Shown here one piece after another: positions 9,110 to 17,952 of a stretch of 40,979 nucleotides of DNA. Position 1 is the first letter of the stretch. Each line of letters begins with the position of its first letter. The translations under genes and the position numbers were made by a program. The notes under the pieces are model-generated. The model did no database searches and was not told the DNA's origin. It saw only the letters and a list, made by a program, of their open reading frames with translations. This DNA is from a virus (lineage: Duplodnaviria > Caudoviricetes), in IMG/VR virus record IMGVR_UViG_3300038436_000256, positions 1-40,979 of that record. One strand, 5' to 3'.

Positions 9110-9239
9110 TTCCGCGAAGATCAGGGAACTGCAGAATGACGCAAAGCTGGGGGCCATGTTCAAGACCTGGATGGTTGATGCGATCGATGACGGCAACAAC
9201 GCGATGACCGAAATGGAGCGGGAGGACCGCCCTGAATAA
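8949..9239 (+). CDS. small head-module protein
   Basis: Helical 96 aa (AEKFLSSPVG...W...AIDDG) between portal and scaffold. Confidence 0.7.
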   Translation: MNESLEKDQLFQAALLGVDAEKFLSSPVGVMLWKRADEKIERASRELITVDPFDSAKIRELQNDAKLGAMFKTWMVDAIDDGNNAMTEMEREDRPE

Positions 9240-9304
9240 TACAGCTCACCACCCGCCGGCCGCAGGGCGTGGGCAGTGAAACGACGGCCGAAGAGGAACG
9301 GAAT

Positions 9305-10300
9305 ATGGAAGACGACACTACCACCCAACAGGGCGTAGAAAACGGGCAAGAAGAACAATCAGCCGTTGAGGAATTGCAGCCTGTATCCCAGAGGGACCAG
9401 GTGATTGCGGCCATCAGCGCCAAGCGTAATGCGGCTCTTGAAGGGGCCGTGGAAGATGGCGGCCAGGGCGAAGAGCTTGCCCAGGGCGACGTTGACCAGC
9501 AGGGTGAAGGGACCGAAGCGCAGCCCGTTCCTCGAACCGTCCGGATCAAAGTGGACGGGGTAGAGCGGGATGTTGATGAGTCGGACCTGATCGAAGCCGG
9601 CAAAAGGGAAATGCAGAAGGAGTCCGCCGCGGCCGAAAGGCTGAGACAGGCGGCGGCCAGGCTGCAGGAATTGGAGCAGCGGCAGCAGATTATCGAGGCG
9701 CGTGAACGGAAGCTTGCTGAGTTTCTCGCCAAGCAGAAGACCGCACCGGATGCTTCGCTGAAAGAGAAAGCCAAGAAGTTCGCCGAATCGCTCATGGACA
9801 ATGAGGAAGAGGCGGTAAATATCTTTGAAGGCGTTCTCGGTGAGCAGCAGCGGTTGAAGCAGGAAGTACAGCAGGTTCTGCAGACGGTGAAAACCACACA
9901 GCAGAAGGTCCAGCAGGATGACCTGAAAAGGAAAACCAAGCTGGCACAGCTGTTTGTTTCCAAGTTCCCGGCAATTGCTGGCGATGCGCAACTTGCATGG
10001 CGGGCCAACGAGCGGACCCGGGTTCTACTGCGGGAGCGCCCGGACCTGACCGAAGAAGAAATCGTTGTGCAGGCTGGCCAGGATGTGAAGAGATGGCTCA
10101 CCTCCGTTGCTGGTGTTGAGCAGACCACCGCCGACCAGCACCAAGACAGCCCGGCCACCATCAAAAAGGGAATGCCGCGCCCGATCCAGAAAGCGGCGGG
10201 AAGACTGCCTCCGAAACAGGAGGTTAAACCACAAACAAGAGCCGAGATCATACGGGAGAAGCAGAGATTGCGGAACCCCTATGCCGGCTCACGAACATAA
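9305..10300 (+). CDS. capsid scaffolding protein
   Basis: Acidic N-terminus, IKVDGVERDV motif, long coiled coil, directly upstream of capsid. Confidence 0.75.
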   Translation: MEDDTTTQQGVENGQEEQSAVEELQPVSQRDQVIAAISAKRNAALEGAVEDGGQGEELAQGDVDQQGEGTEAQPVPRTVRIKVDGVERDVDESDLIEAGKREMQKESAAAERLRQAAARLQELEQRQQIIEARERKLAEFLAKQKTAPDASLKEKAKKFAESLMDNEEEAVNIFEGVLGEQQRLKQEVQQVLQTVKTTQQKVQQDDLKRKTKLAQLFVSKFPAIAGDAQLAWRANERTRVLLRERPDLTEEEIVVQAGQDVKRWLTSVAGVEQTTADQHQDSPATIKKGMPRPIQKAAGRLPPKQEVKPQTRAEIIREKQRLRNPYAGSRT

Positions 10301-10313
10301 GGAGTAACCGATT

Positions 10314-11181
10314 ATGGGACAGGTATGGGGAACAAATACGCTGGGCGGATATGCGTACAGCGATCAACTGAGCAAGGTGTTGCGCACCGCACTGCAGCCG
10401 ATGATCCGGTTTCGCCAGTTTTGCGATGCCGACGATGCGAGTTCAGAAGGCCTGCATGCGGGCAGCGCCTACAACTGGAACGTCTATTCAGACGTTGGAA
10501 CCCAGGGCGGCGTGCTGACCGAAAACGTGCCGATCCCGGAAACGAATTTCACGATCAGCCAGGCGTCCCTGATGATGGTAGAGTTGGGGAACTCTGTTCC
10601 GTTCACCGGACTGCTGGATGATATGTCCGCGCAGCCCATCGAGCAGATCATCCAGAAGACCCTGAAAAACGACGCCAACAAGGCGCTGGAAACTCAGGCT
10701 CACGCGCAGTTTGACGCCACCCTCCTGGTTGTTTCGGCGGCCAGCGGCACCTCGACCACAGAGATTACCGTGGAAGAAGACGGCGCGATCACCGCCACCA
10801 ACAACGTGGCCCTTAACGACGACCATATCAAAAAAATCTCCGACCAGATGAAGGAGCGCAATATCCCGGCCTATGACGGCAGCAACTACTGCGCCGTTGG
10901 CCGTCCGGCGACATTCCGGGCATTCAAGGACGCGATTGAGGCGGTTCACTCCTACGTGGACCGCGGGTTCAGCGCGATTCTTGAAGGCGAAGTCGGCCGG
11001 CATTACGAGGGAATCCGTTTCTTCGAGCAGACCGCCATTGCCTCCGAGTCCTGGAGCAACGCCAAGTCGGACGCAGTTTACTTTTTCGGCGAGGACACGG
11101 TCATGGAGGCAATCGCCATCCCCGAGGAGATCCGGGGCAAGCTGCCGACCGATTACGGCCGCAGCAAGGGCTTTGCTTGGT
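10314..11181 (+). CDS. major capsid protein, exon 1
   Basis: AAGGAG RBS; capsid-like sequence ending DYGRSKGFAW; unspliced frame stops at 11195. Confidence 0.85.
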
Positions 11182-11290
11182 TAAACGCAGCATAATAGCC
11201 AAGGGTAAACTTCGTGAATTGCTGGAAACCCCTTAGAGACATGAAAGCTACAACGCAACTGGAAACGGTAAACGTGAATGCTGGAAAATT

Positions 11291-11902
11291 TCATGTATCG
11301 GGTGTGCGGTACTTTGGTTGTTTAGAGGTGAAGAAGTAATGTTCCCACTTGTAACGGTAGCAGCCAACAGGCGGATGGCCGATCCAATTCAGGAACGCAG
11401 GTATGCTGTTTTTGGATACGGTTATTTTCCCGTCTCGTGCGGCTCTACTTTTGAAGCCGATTTTCCTGAGTTGTTCAGAAAGAAACTCGCGGCTTGTGGG
11501 ATCGAAAGAGTGGGCGCAAAGACAGATTTGTCTCAGGTATCCCTTGTCGGTGTCAAAACCGCCGTCTCCACAGTACCAAAGATTGACGGTGCGTGGGCTA
11601 AGGGTAATATCCTTGGGCAAAACCTTTTTGCCAAATGGATACCAACGGGTGAAGAAATCACAAAGGTTTGGGGATACATGGCTAAAAGTTTGGTAGGTAT
11701 AGCCAGTCCCATACCCATTAGGTTTTGTGTGGGTAGGCCCAAATTGCAATCCAAATTCAGTAAGTACTTTCTGAATCCAAGCATTAAATTCTATGTGTTT
11801 GCAATTGTGACCAAACCGGGGGAAGCTTGTTATGCCGAGATGCTTCCCCCTGTGTTGAAGGCTGCTGTCACCAAGAAGCAGTCCGTCCATGGTGTCTTTC
11901 AT
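11291..11902 (-). CDS. LAGLIDADG homing endonuclease (two-motif), antisense within the intron
   Basis: MDGLLLGDSSL and LWYCGDGGF motifs, WYPFGKKVLP; GGAGAG RBS 5 nt before ATG 11902. Confidence 0.88.
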   Translation of the reverse strand: MKDTMDGLLLGDSSLQHRGKHLGITSFPRFGHNCKHIEFNAWIQKVLTEFGLQFGPTHTKPNGYGTGYTYQTFSHVSPNLCDFFTRWYPFGKKVLPKDITLSPRTVNLWYCGDGGFDTDKGYLRQICLCAHSFDPTSREFLSEQLRKIGFKSRAARDGKITVSKNSIPAFLNWIGHPPVGCYRYKWEHYFFTSKQPKYRTPDT

Positions 11903-11932
11903 TCTCACTCTCCAATGTATTCGCTTTTACCA

Positions 11933-11961
11933 ATACTACACCGAATAACAACCAAAGTCAA
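11933..11961 (-). promoter_or_regulatory. sigma70-type promoter for the LAGLIDADG gene
   Basis: minus strand TTGACT(11961-56)-N17-TAGTAT(11938-33). Confidence 0.65.
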
Positions 11962-12119
11962 CACCCAGATGGGCAATCAGCAGCCAAGCACCGTACAGGT
12001 GAAGGTTCAACGGCCAGGGGACATACCCCGTAGGGTCCAAGCGGACCCGAAGCGCGAGGCGGCGCAGAGAATCGCGTCGAAGATATGGTCTACACTGCAC
12101 GGAAACGCGCAGCGGATTC

Positions 12120-12148
12120 TTGACGATTCAGGGATTAAATGGTATTAC
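12120..12148 (+). promoter_or_regulatory. candidate promoter for the intron HNH gene
   Basis: TTGACG(12120-25)-N17-TATTAC with TG extension; -10 imperfect. Confidence 0.45.
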
Positions 12149-12178
12149 CAATGCAGCAACATAGCTATGGAGGATACC

Positions 12179-12673
12179 ATGAAAATTACGCTTGAAGTCG
12201 TTGAGAGGTTTCACGAAAAATGGGTTGTCAACAAAGAGAATGGTTGCTGGGAATGGACTGCCTCATTAGCCGGTAAAGGTTACGGGCAGATGAAGGTCCC
12301 GGGAACAAGACGGCAGGAATACGCCCACAGGATATCGTACATGATTCACTGCGGGAATATACCTGGCGACATGCAGGTATGCCATACATGCGACAACCCT
12401 AAATGTGTAAAGCCAAGCCACCTTTTTCTCGGAACGAGTGGTGACAACCACTTGGACATGAAGGAGAAGGATCGGCACCTTAATGGCGAGAGAAACAAGA
12501 AGGCCAAGCTCACGGAAGAACAGGTCCGGCGCATCCACGAGTTGCATTCGCAAGGGATGTCGCAAGGGAAAATTGGCGAGGCTTTCGGCGTTTCTCAAGG
12601 GCAGGTGTTCAGGATACTACACGGTATCCAGTGGCAACACATTTATCGTGAAATCAAATCGGGCAGGTTGTAG
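12179..12673 (+). CDS. HNH homing endonuclease with C-terminal HTH, in the 3' part of the intron
   Basis: CWEW...GYG...AHRISY...VCHTCDNPKCVKPSHLFLGT..DN; HTH SQGKIGEAFGVSQGQV; GGAGGA RBS at 12169-74. Confidence 0.9.
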   Translation: MKITLEVVERFHEKWVVNKENGCWEWTASLAGKGYGQMKVPGTRRQEYAHRISYMIHCGNIPGDMQVCHTCDNPKCVKPSHLFLGTSGDNHLDMKEKDRHLNGERNKKAKLTEEQVRRIHELHSQGMSQGKIGEAFGVSQGQVFRILHGIQWQHIYREIKSGRL

Positions 12674-12694
12674 CGTAACCTGTTGAATATACGG

Positions 12695-12777
12695 ATTATT
12701 TGGGCGGCTTCGGGATCGTGCATAACGAGACCGGCGCGGACGACAACCGCATTGTGAAGTGGGCCAGCGCCGCCTAG
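12695..12777 (+). CDS. major capsid protein, exon 2
   Basis: T|AT TAT TTG GGC GGC TTC gives ...AWYYLGGFGIVHNETGADDNRIVKWASAA*; spliced CDS is 951 nt (316 aa). Confidence 0.85.
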
Positions 12778-12798
12778 GACCTGACCGATGAGCAAACC

Positions 12799-12839
12799 CC
12801 GGGCGGCGGGGGTCTACCTGGCCGCCCGGTTCAATCTTT
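12799..12839 (+). terminator. hairpin after capsid gene
   Basis: CCGGGCGGC/GCCGCCCGG stem followed by TTCAATCTTT. Confidence 0.45.
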
Positions 12840-12856
12840 AAAACAGGAGAACAACA

Positions 12857-13252
12857 ATGGGATACGATAACCCGATGACCTGCATGTACAACTTTGCGCT
12901 GATGGATTTCGGCGCGGCCGCAGGCACAACGATTCACAGGATTTCCGGGCCGAACGGCTACAAGGGGCGGCTGAAAGAGATCGGGGTTGTACTGGCGGAG
13001 GCCACCGTATTTGCAACCACCCTTGGCTTTGTCGAGGTTGGTTCTTCGACGGATGCCGATGCTTACGGCAAACTGCAGATTCCGACTGCATCAGCAATCA
13101 ATACCACGGTGAATTCCGGCGACGATGCCGACGCAATCATTTCCGCCGACATTGCGGCCGATGCCTGCGTCCTGGTGACGCTGACCGAGGGAACCGGTGT
13201 CGGCCTGACCGGCCAGGGCAATCCCTACGTTATCATCGACTGGTACAAATAA
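12857..13252 (+). CDS. putative capsid-associated/decoration protein
   Basis: AGGAG RBS; beta-rich 131 aa immediately after capsid. Confidence 0.6.
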   Translation: MGYDNPMTCMYNFALMDFGAAAGTTIHRISGPNGYKGRLKEIGVVLAEATVFATTLGFVEVGSSTDADAYGKLQIPTASAINTTVNSGDDADAIISADIAADACVLVTLTEGTGVGLTGQGNPYVIIDWYK

Positions 13253-13284
13253 CCGATAACCTCAAACCCATAGGAGGAAAAGCC

Positions 13285-13428
13285 ATGGACGAGGCATTGA
13301 AAAAAGGACTGAGCAGCAAGGAGAAGATCACCCAGGACAAGCCCCGCGACGAAGTGAAGGGCTCACAGAAGCCGGTGGTGAAAGAGGAAACCGTCAATTC
13401 TGATCGCGGAACCTTCAAAATCAAATAG
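13285..13428 (+). CDS. 47-aa Lys-rich hypothetical protein (not in ORF track)
   Basis: GGAGGA RBS; MDEALKKGLSSKEKITQDKPRDEVKGSQKPVVKEETVNSDRGTFKIK. Confidence 0.6.
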   Translation: MDEALKKGLSSKEKITQDKPRDEVKGSQKPVVKEETVNSDRGTFKIK

Positions 13429-13454
13429 GCTGGCCTGGCCACTGAAAGAAGATT

Positions 13455-13484
13455 CCCGGGAGGGCTTTCGTCCTCCCGGGTTTT
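13455..13484 (+). terminator. intrinsic terminator
   Basis: CCCGGGAGGGC-TTTC-GTCCTCCCGGG-TTTT. Confidence 0.75.
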
Positions 13485-13494
13485 GGAGGCAGCA

Positions 13495-13662
13495 ATGAAG
13501 CACGGAAGACTGATGGGGATCATGATCATTAACGATTGCGATCATGAATCCAAGAAGTACACCGACGAAGAAAATTTGAAAAGCGGGCTTGTGGTCCGCA
13601 AACCACTTGAGGATATCCACTATGCGACGACTGACGAACCTGGACAAGACGAAGAAATTTAA
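13495..13662 (+). CDS. 55-aa hypothetical protein (not in ORF track)
   Basis: GGAGG RBS before ATG 13495; overlaps next ORF. Confidence 0.4.
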   Translation: MKHGRLMGIMIINDCDHESKKYTDEENLKSGLVVRKPLEDIHYATTDEPGQDEEI

Positions 13663-13945
13663 AACCCTGTTCATCAAGGGGAACACTCTCATCCGCTACG
13701 AACAGGACGGTATGTTCTTCAACTGCGGCGGCTGGCCGGTAATCGACGGCAAGGTTTATTTGCCCGGAATGGACGTACCAGAGGCGGCGGTTGCCGCGCA
13801 GGGCCAATACATCTGCCCGGTATGTGACCGTGACTGCAAGAAGAAGAAGGCCCTGGACCTGCACATGGAGAAGGTCCACCCGAAACTGCAGCGAAGCGGC
13901 TCCCGGGTTGTATCTGACGACAAGGCCACGGCTGACAAGGAGTAA
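13622..13945 (+). CDS. C2H2 zinc-finger-containing protein
   Basis: YICPVCDRDCKKKKALDLHMEKVH; GAGGA RBS. Confidence 0.6.
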   Translation: MRRLTNLDKTKKFKTLFIKGNTLIRYEQDGMFFNCGGWPVIDGKVYLPGMDVPEAAVAAQGQYICPVCDRDCKKKKALDLHMEKVHPKLQRSGSRVVSDDKATADKE

Positions 13946-13957
13946 GGAGGCACGCTG

Positions 13958-14638
13958 ATGTCCACCTTCCTGCAGCTGGTTCAGCAAACGTATCGTGAAC
14001 TGGGCCTGACCGGCCCGGTCCCGACAACGGTTATTGCCCAGAGCAATATCCGGCGCAAGGTCGTTGACTGGGTTGCCGGGGCTGACTACGCCATCCAGAC
14101 GCTTTGGAGCGACTGGAATTTCATGTGGGCGCAGTATTCCAAGGGGACGGAGGTTGGTGTAGCCAACTATGCGGCTCCAACTGATCTTGCCAGGTGGGAT
14201 GTTGACAGCTTCTGGATCGACTACAACACCGACGATGCACAAAAACTGGCGTATATCAAATACAAGGATTGGCGAGAGACATTGCGCCAGGGGGTTCTTG
14301 ACAACAACCTGGCATCATTGGTCACGGTGCTTCCAGACAAGTCGATCACTCTGGATGTGCCGGCAGATTCTGCCAGTAATACCATCACGGCCGACTACTG
14401 GAAGAAGGCAACGAAGATGTCCGCCGATGCGAGTACGTCGCCGATCCCGGTAGACCTGGAGCGGATCATCATCTGCCGGGCCAAGCTGTTCTACGGCGAG
14501 GCGTACAAGGACATGGAAGTGCTGCAGATCGCCGGGGCAGAGTACAACAGTATACTTCAGCTGCTGGAAGACCGGGAGCTCCCCGACAGGAACGACAGAA
14601 TGTCGCAGGCGCCTGACATGGTTATCGTCGTCGAATGA
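13958..14638 (+). CDS. head-to-tail adaptor / tail tubular protein A-like
   Basis: MSTFLQLVQ...ELG N-terminus, W.FM motif, size and position; AAGGAGG RBS. Confidence 0.65.
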   Translation: MSTFLQLVQQTYRELGLTGPVPTTVIAQSNIRRKVVDWVAGADYAIQTLWSDWNFMWAQYSKGTEVGVANYAAPTDLARWDVDSFWIDYNTDDAQKLAYIKYKDWRETLRQGVLDNNLASLVTVLPDKSITLDVPADSASNTITADYWKKATKMSADASTSPIPVDLERIIICRAKLFYGEAYKDMEVLQIAGAEYNSILQLLEDRELPDRNDRMSQAPDMVIVVE

Positions 14639-16731
14639 AGAAAATCGACTATTTCCCGCTTCGTGGCGGACTCGATAAGTCAAGCGCCCCGCTTACCATA
14701 GAGGCAGGCCGGCTGCTCGATTGCGTCAATATCGAGATCGGCAAGAACGGGAACGGCTACAGGTTTCCGGAAGGGTTCGAGCGGTACGATGGACAGACCG
14801 CCCCGTCAGAGGAAAGCTACACCCTGATCGACTTCGAGGCCGGGAGCACGGCGATAGTTACGGGAAACACCGTTGACGGGTCTGGTTCAGGGGCGTCCGG
14901 GGTGGCAATCATCGATGCTGTTCTGGAGTCCGGGACTTATGCCGGCTCCGATGCGGCCGGGTACATTGTCCTTACCACGGTCTCGGGGACGTTCCTTGAT
15001 ACGGATGATCTTGAGGTAGCCGCGGCCAAGGTCGGGGAGATAGCGGCGTCCGGTGTTCACAGTCAGGGCACCGGGGCGCCAGGCGAAGCCACGGAGCAGA
15101 CCTGGCTTGCTTTGTGCGCGGCGATTGCCCGGGCGAATATTACCGCTGTTCCAGGGCTGGCAAACAGTGACATTGAGGGAATCCACACCTACGGCGGGAA
15201 GCGGTATGCGTTCAGGACGAATGCCGGGGATACCGCCACGGATATGTACGTGGAAGGCGCAACCGGCTGGACCCTGTGCAACCTGGGCGAGAATATCGCA
15301 TTCACTACCGGTGGAGCGACGGCGCCGGCCGAAGGGGCGACCCTGACCCAGGGAGGTGTGACGGCAGTAATCCGGCGAGTGATCTTCACCAGCGGCTCGT
15401 GGGCGGCGAATACGGCAGCGGGCCGGTTCACTCTCACAGGGCGGGCCGGTGGCAACTTCGCGGCCGGCGCTGCGACCATCGGGGCAATTAATGTGACGAT
15501 TACCGCGATTCAGACGGCCAACGCTCTGACCAAGGGCGGCCGGTTCGAGTGCATCAACCACAACTTCAGCGGCCATGCCGGAAGCACAAAGATGTACGCG
15601 GTCAACGGAAAGAACCGGGCCTTTGAGTACAACGGGTACGCCATCAGCTTCATCACCACGGGCATGACCACGGATGCCCCGACACATATCCGGGCGCACC
15701 AGAATCACCTGTTGCTGGCGTTCTCTGGTGGGTCGCTGCAAAACTCTTCATTGGTAGATCTGTTCACCATGCCCTTTGTCTGGACAGCGGTATCCGGAGC
15801 AAACGAAGAGGCGGTTGGCGACGAAATTACCGGGATCGAACAGGTTCAGGGCGAGGCGCTGGCCATCTTCTGCGAGAGCCACACGAAGATCATGTTCGGA
15901 TCAAGTGCGGCGGACTGGAACATCCAAGATCATACCGATGCCGGCGGCGCCGAAGAGTGGACCATCCAGAGCTTCAACGAGCCGATCTTTATGGACAGGG
16001 GTCAGCTGACGGCACTGTCTGCAAGCGATGTCTATGGCGGGTTCTCCGCAGGGTCGATCAGTAAGCAGATAGAGAAATTTATTGCTGACCGGGCCGGGCT
16101 GGCCGTGGCCTCCGTCATGGCCCCGTTGAAATCGCAGTACCGCATATTCTTCAGCGACGGGTACTATGTCACGCTGTCCATGGCCGCTGACGGGATCATC
16201 GGCTATACAATCGGTGAACTGCCGACCGTGCCGACCTGCGCCCATTTTGATCCTATTTCCGGGCGGGTTTTTTTCGGGACCGCTGACGGCTACGTCTACG
16301 AGATGGACAAAGGAACAAGCGCGGACGGCGAGGCAATCACCAGGTTCATGCGGCTGCCGTTCAACTTTCTGGGCAGTCCGAAGCGGTGGAAGAAGTTTTT
16401 CAAAGTAACCTTCGAGCTTGACGCGGAGACTGCTGACGATATCCAGTTCAATTTCCGGCCGGACTTCGACTATATGAACTCGAATATCCCGAGCGCAACG
16501 ACATCAGAGGTACTTATTGAGAGCCCGCCGCCGCTGATCTGGGATGTCGGCGAGTGGGACCTGTACAGTTGGGGCGGGGACAGTGACGACTTGGGCCAGC
16601 CGGAAAGCTACATCGACGGCGGCCCGGCCACGGAGATGAGCCTGGTTGTTTTTCTCAGTTCCGCTACGCAAAAATCATTCACGATGCACGGAATCATCCT
16701 CGAATACGATGAGTTGGGGGACAAAAGATAG
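14635..16731 (+). CDS. tail nozzle / DNA-stabilisation protein (P22 gp10 / T7 gp12-like role)
   Basis: 698 aa, beta-rich, F.LRGGLD start, follows the adaptor. Confidence 0.65.
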   Translation: MKKIDYFPLRGGLDKSSAPLTIEAGRLLDCVNIEIGKNGNGYRFPEGFERYDGQTAPSEESYTLIDFEAGSTAIVTGNTVDGSGSGASGVAIIDAVLESGTYAGSDAAGYIVLTTVSGTFLDTDDLEVAAAKVGEIAASGVHSQGTGAPGEATEQTWLALCAAIARANITAVPGLANSDIEGIHTYGGKRYAFRTNAGDTATDMYVEGATGWTLCNLGENIAFTTGGATAPAEGATLTQGGVTAVIRRVIFTSGSWAANTAAGRFTLTGRAGGNFAAGAATIGAINVTITAIQTANALTKGGRFECINHNFSGHAGSTKMYAVNGKNRAFEYNGYAISFITTGMTTDAPTHIRAHQNHLLLAFSGGSLQNSSLVDLFTMPFVWTAVSGANEEAVGDEITGIEQVQGEALAIFCESHTKIMFGSSAADWNIQDHTDAGGAEEWTIQSFNEPIFMDRGQLTALSASDVYGGFSAGSISKQIEKFIADRAGLAVASVMAPLKSQYRIFFSDGYYVTLSMAADGIIGYTIGELPTVPTCAHFDPISGRVFFGTADGYVYEMDKGTSADGEAITRFMRLPFNFLGSPKRWKKFFKVTFELDAETADDIQFNFRPDFDYMNSNIPSATTSEVLIESPPPLIWDVGEWDLYSWGGDSDDLGQPESYIDGGPATEMSLVVFLSSATQKSFTMHGIILEYDELGDKR

Positions 16732-17952
16732 ATGGCAAACGATTATTACGAAAATTCGGTAAGTTTTACGCCATTCACCAAAGCCAAGGCCGCGGATGTG
16801 GATGCCGATCTGGACGGGATCGAGGCCGGGTTTACCAAACTTCCGGCACCTCATGCAAGCGCACCAGGGACGAAAGGTTTTTCCGAGGTGTTCAAGGTGG
16901 TGGACGCCACCCACGAGGACAACCCGGCCCCGGTCAGTCAGTTGCGCGACGCGGTGTTTGTCGGGACCGATGGGGGTACAGGCAACGCTTATGCTGTGAC
17001 CATGACCCCGGCCCCGAGTGCCTATACCGAGGGGATGACCGTTATTTTCAAACCGCTCGCCTCGAATACCGGGGCCTGCACGCTGAACGTCAATGCTCTT
17101 GGCGTGAAAAGTATCAAGGACCGGGCCGGGAATGACCCCCAGGCCGGCGAGATCTGTGCCGGCAGTTATGTCATGGCAATTTACGATGCGGCAAACAATC
17201 GGTTTCAGCTTCCGGCATCGAGTATCGATCAATCGGCGGCGTCCTCTGTAGCTGTCCCGGCCGGAACGATTGTTCCGTGGGCAGGTGGGTACTTCACCAA
17301 CGGGAGCAATGCCGGGTATACCAACGTCCTGGCCGGCGGGAATACGGTTGCTGAAGCGAATGCCTATCTCAACGCGCTGAACTGGTATGTTTGTGATGGT
17401 GCCGCGCTGAATACCGGGGCCGGTATTTTCAACGGCGCCGGGCGGTATCTTCCCAACCTGACCGATGATCGTTTTATCATGGGTGACACCACCGCGGGCG
17501 TTATTGGTGGATCATCGACAATGGCGCATACGCACACCGGTCCAAGCCATACGCACACCGGTCCAAGCCATACGCACACCGGTCCAAGCCATACGCATTC
17601 AATCTCTGGCGCTGCACTCACGACAGCTCAAATCCCAGACCATGTTCACGGCTACAGATATTATAATGCAGGCGGGCCGTTTTCTGGAAATTACCTTCAG
17701 GCGGCTGCCATAGGGACTGGAGATTATACTGTAACCGCCGCTTCTGTCCTCGCCACAGATGGTGGCGGAGGCACCCCGACCGGCTCTACTCACGACCACG
17801 GAGGCGTAACCATAGCCGGAGGAACAGGCGCAACCGGCGCCAGCGGAACCGGAGCAACCGGGGCCGGTGGGACAGGGAATACCGGTGGGGCATCAGATGC
17901 CGAAAACAGGCCGTTGTTTTTGTCGTGCTTCTACATCATGAAGGTGCAGTGA
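16732..17952 (+). CDS. tail fibre with collar domain and HxH needle
   Basis: VPAGTIVPWAG...WYVCDGA...LPNL..RFIMG collar motif, HTH repeats, ENRP....FYIMK end. Confidence 0.85.
   Translation: MANDYYENSVSFTPFTKAKAADVDADLDGIEAGFTKLPAPHASAPGTKGFSEVFKVVDATHEDNPAPVSQLRDAVFVGTDGGTGNAYAVTMTPAPSAYTEGMTVIFKPLASNTGACTLNVNALGVKSIKDRAGNDPQAGEICAGSYVMAIYDAANNRFQLPASSIDQSAASSVAVPAGTIVPWAGGYFTNGSNAGYTNVLAGGNTVAEANAYLNALNWYVCDGAALNTGAGIFNGAGRYLPNLTDDRFIMGDTTAGVIGGSSTMAHTHTGPSHTHTGPSHTHTGPSHTHSISGAALTTAQIPDHVHGYRYYNAGGPFSGNYLQAAAIGTGDYTVTAASVLATDGGGGTPTGSTHDHGGVTIAGGTGATGASGTGATGAGGTGNTGGASDAENRPLFLSCFYIMKVQ
17527..17597 (+). repeat. 21-bp perfect tandem repeat x3.4 (HTHTGPS)
   Basis: CATACGCACACCGGTCCAAGC x3 + CATACGCA. 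Confidence 0.9.

Larger units (their letters stand above)
11182..12694 (+). mobile_element. group I self-splicing intron (1513 nt) in the major capsid gene
   Basis: Exon-terminal U11181 pairs with G in IGS GCCAAG (11198-203); P10 ATAAT(11192-96) pairs with exon 2 ATTAT; P AATTGCTGGAAA (11217-28), Q AATCAGCAG (11975-83), R GTTCAACGGCCA (12005-16), S AAGATATGGTC (12080-90); terminal G12694; splicing restores the frame. Confidence 0.92.

Noticed and set aside
7459-10251. Long minus-strand ORFs opposite portal and scaffold (also 24332-25330, 30666-31559 and others)
   Set aside because: No motifs, RBS or promoter recognised; expected shadows of GC-rich coding sequence, unlike the two antisense endonucleases.
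10314-11195. 293-aa complete capsid protein
   Set aside because: The stop at 11193-95 lies in the intron P1 loop; splicing supplies the real C-terminus.
11318-12673. 451-aa ORF as a single real protein
   Set aside because: Its first ~287 aa are the reverse complement of the LAGLIDADG gene plus ribozyme core. The HNH has its own GGAGGA RBS at ATG 12179. Kept only as a low-level finding.
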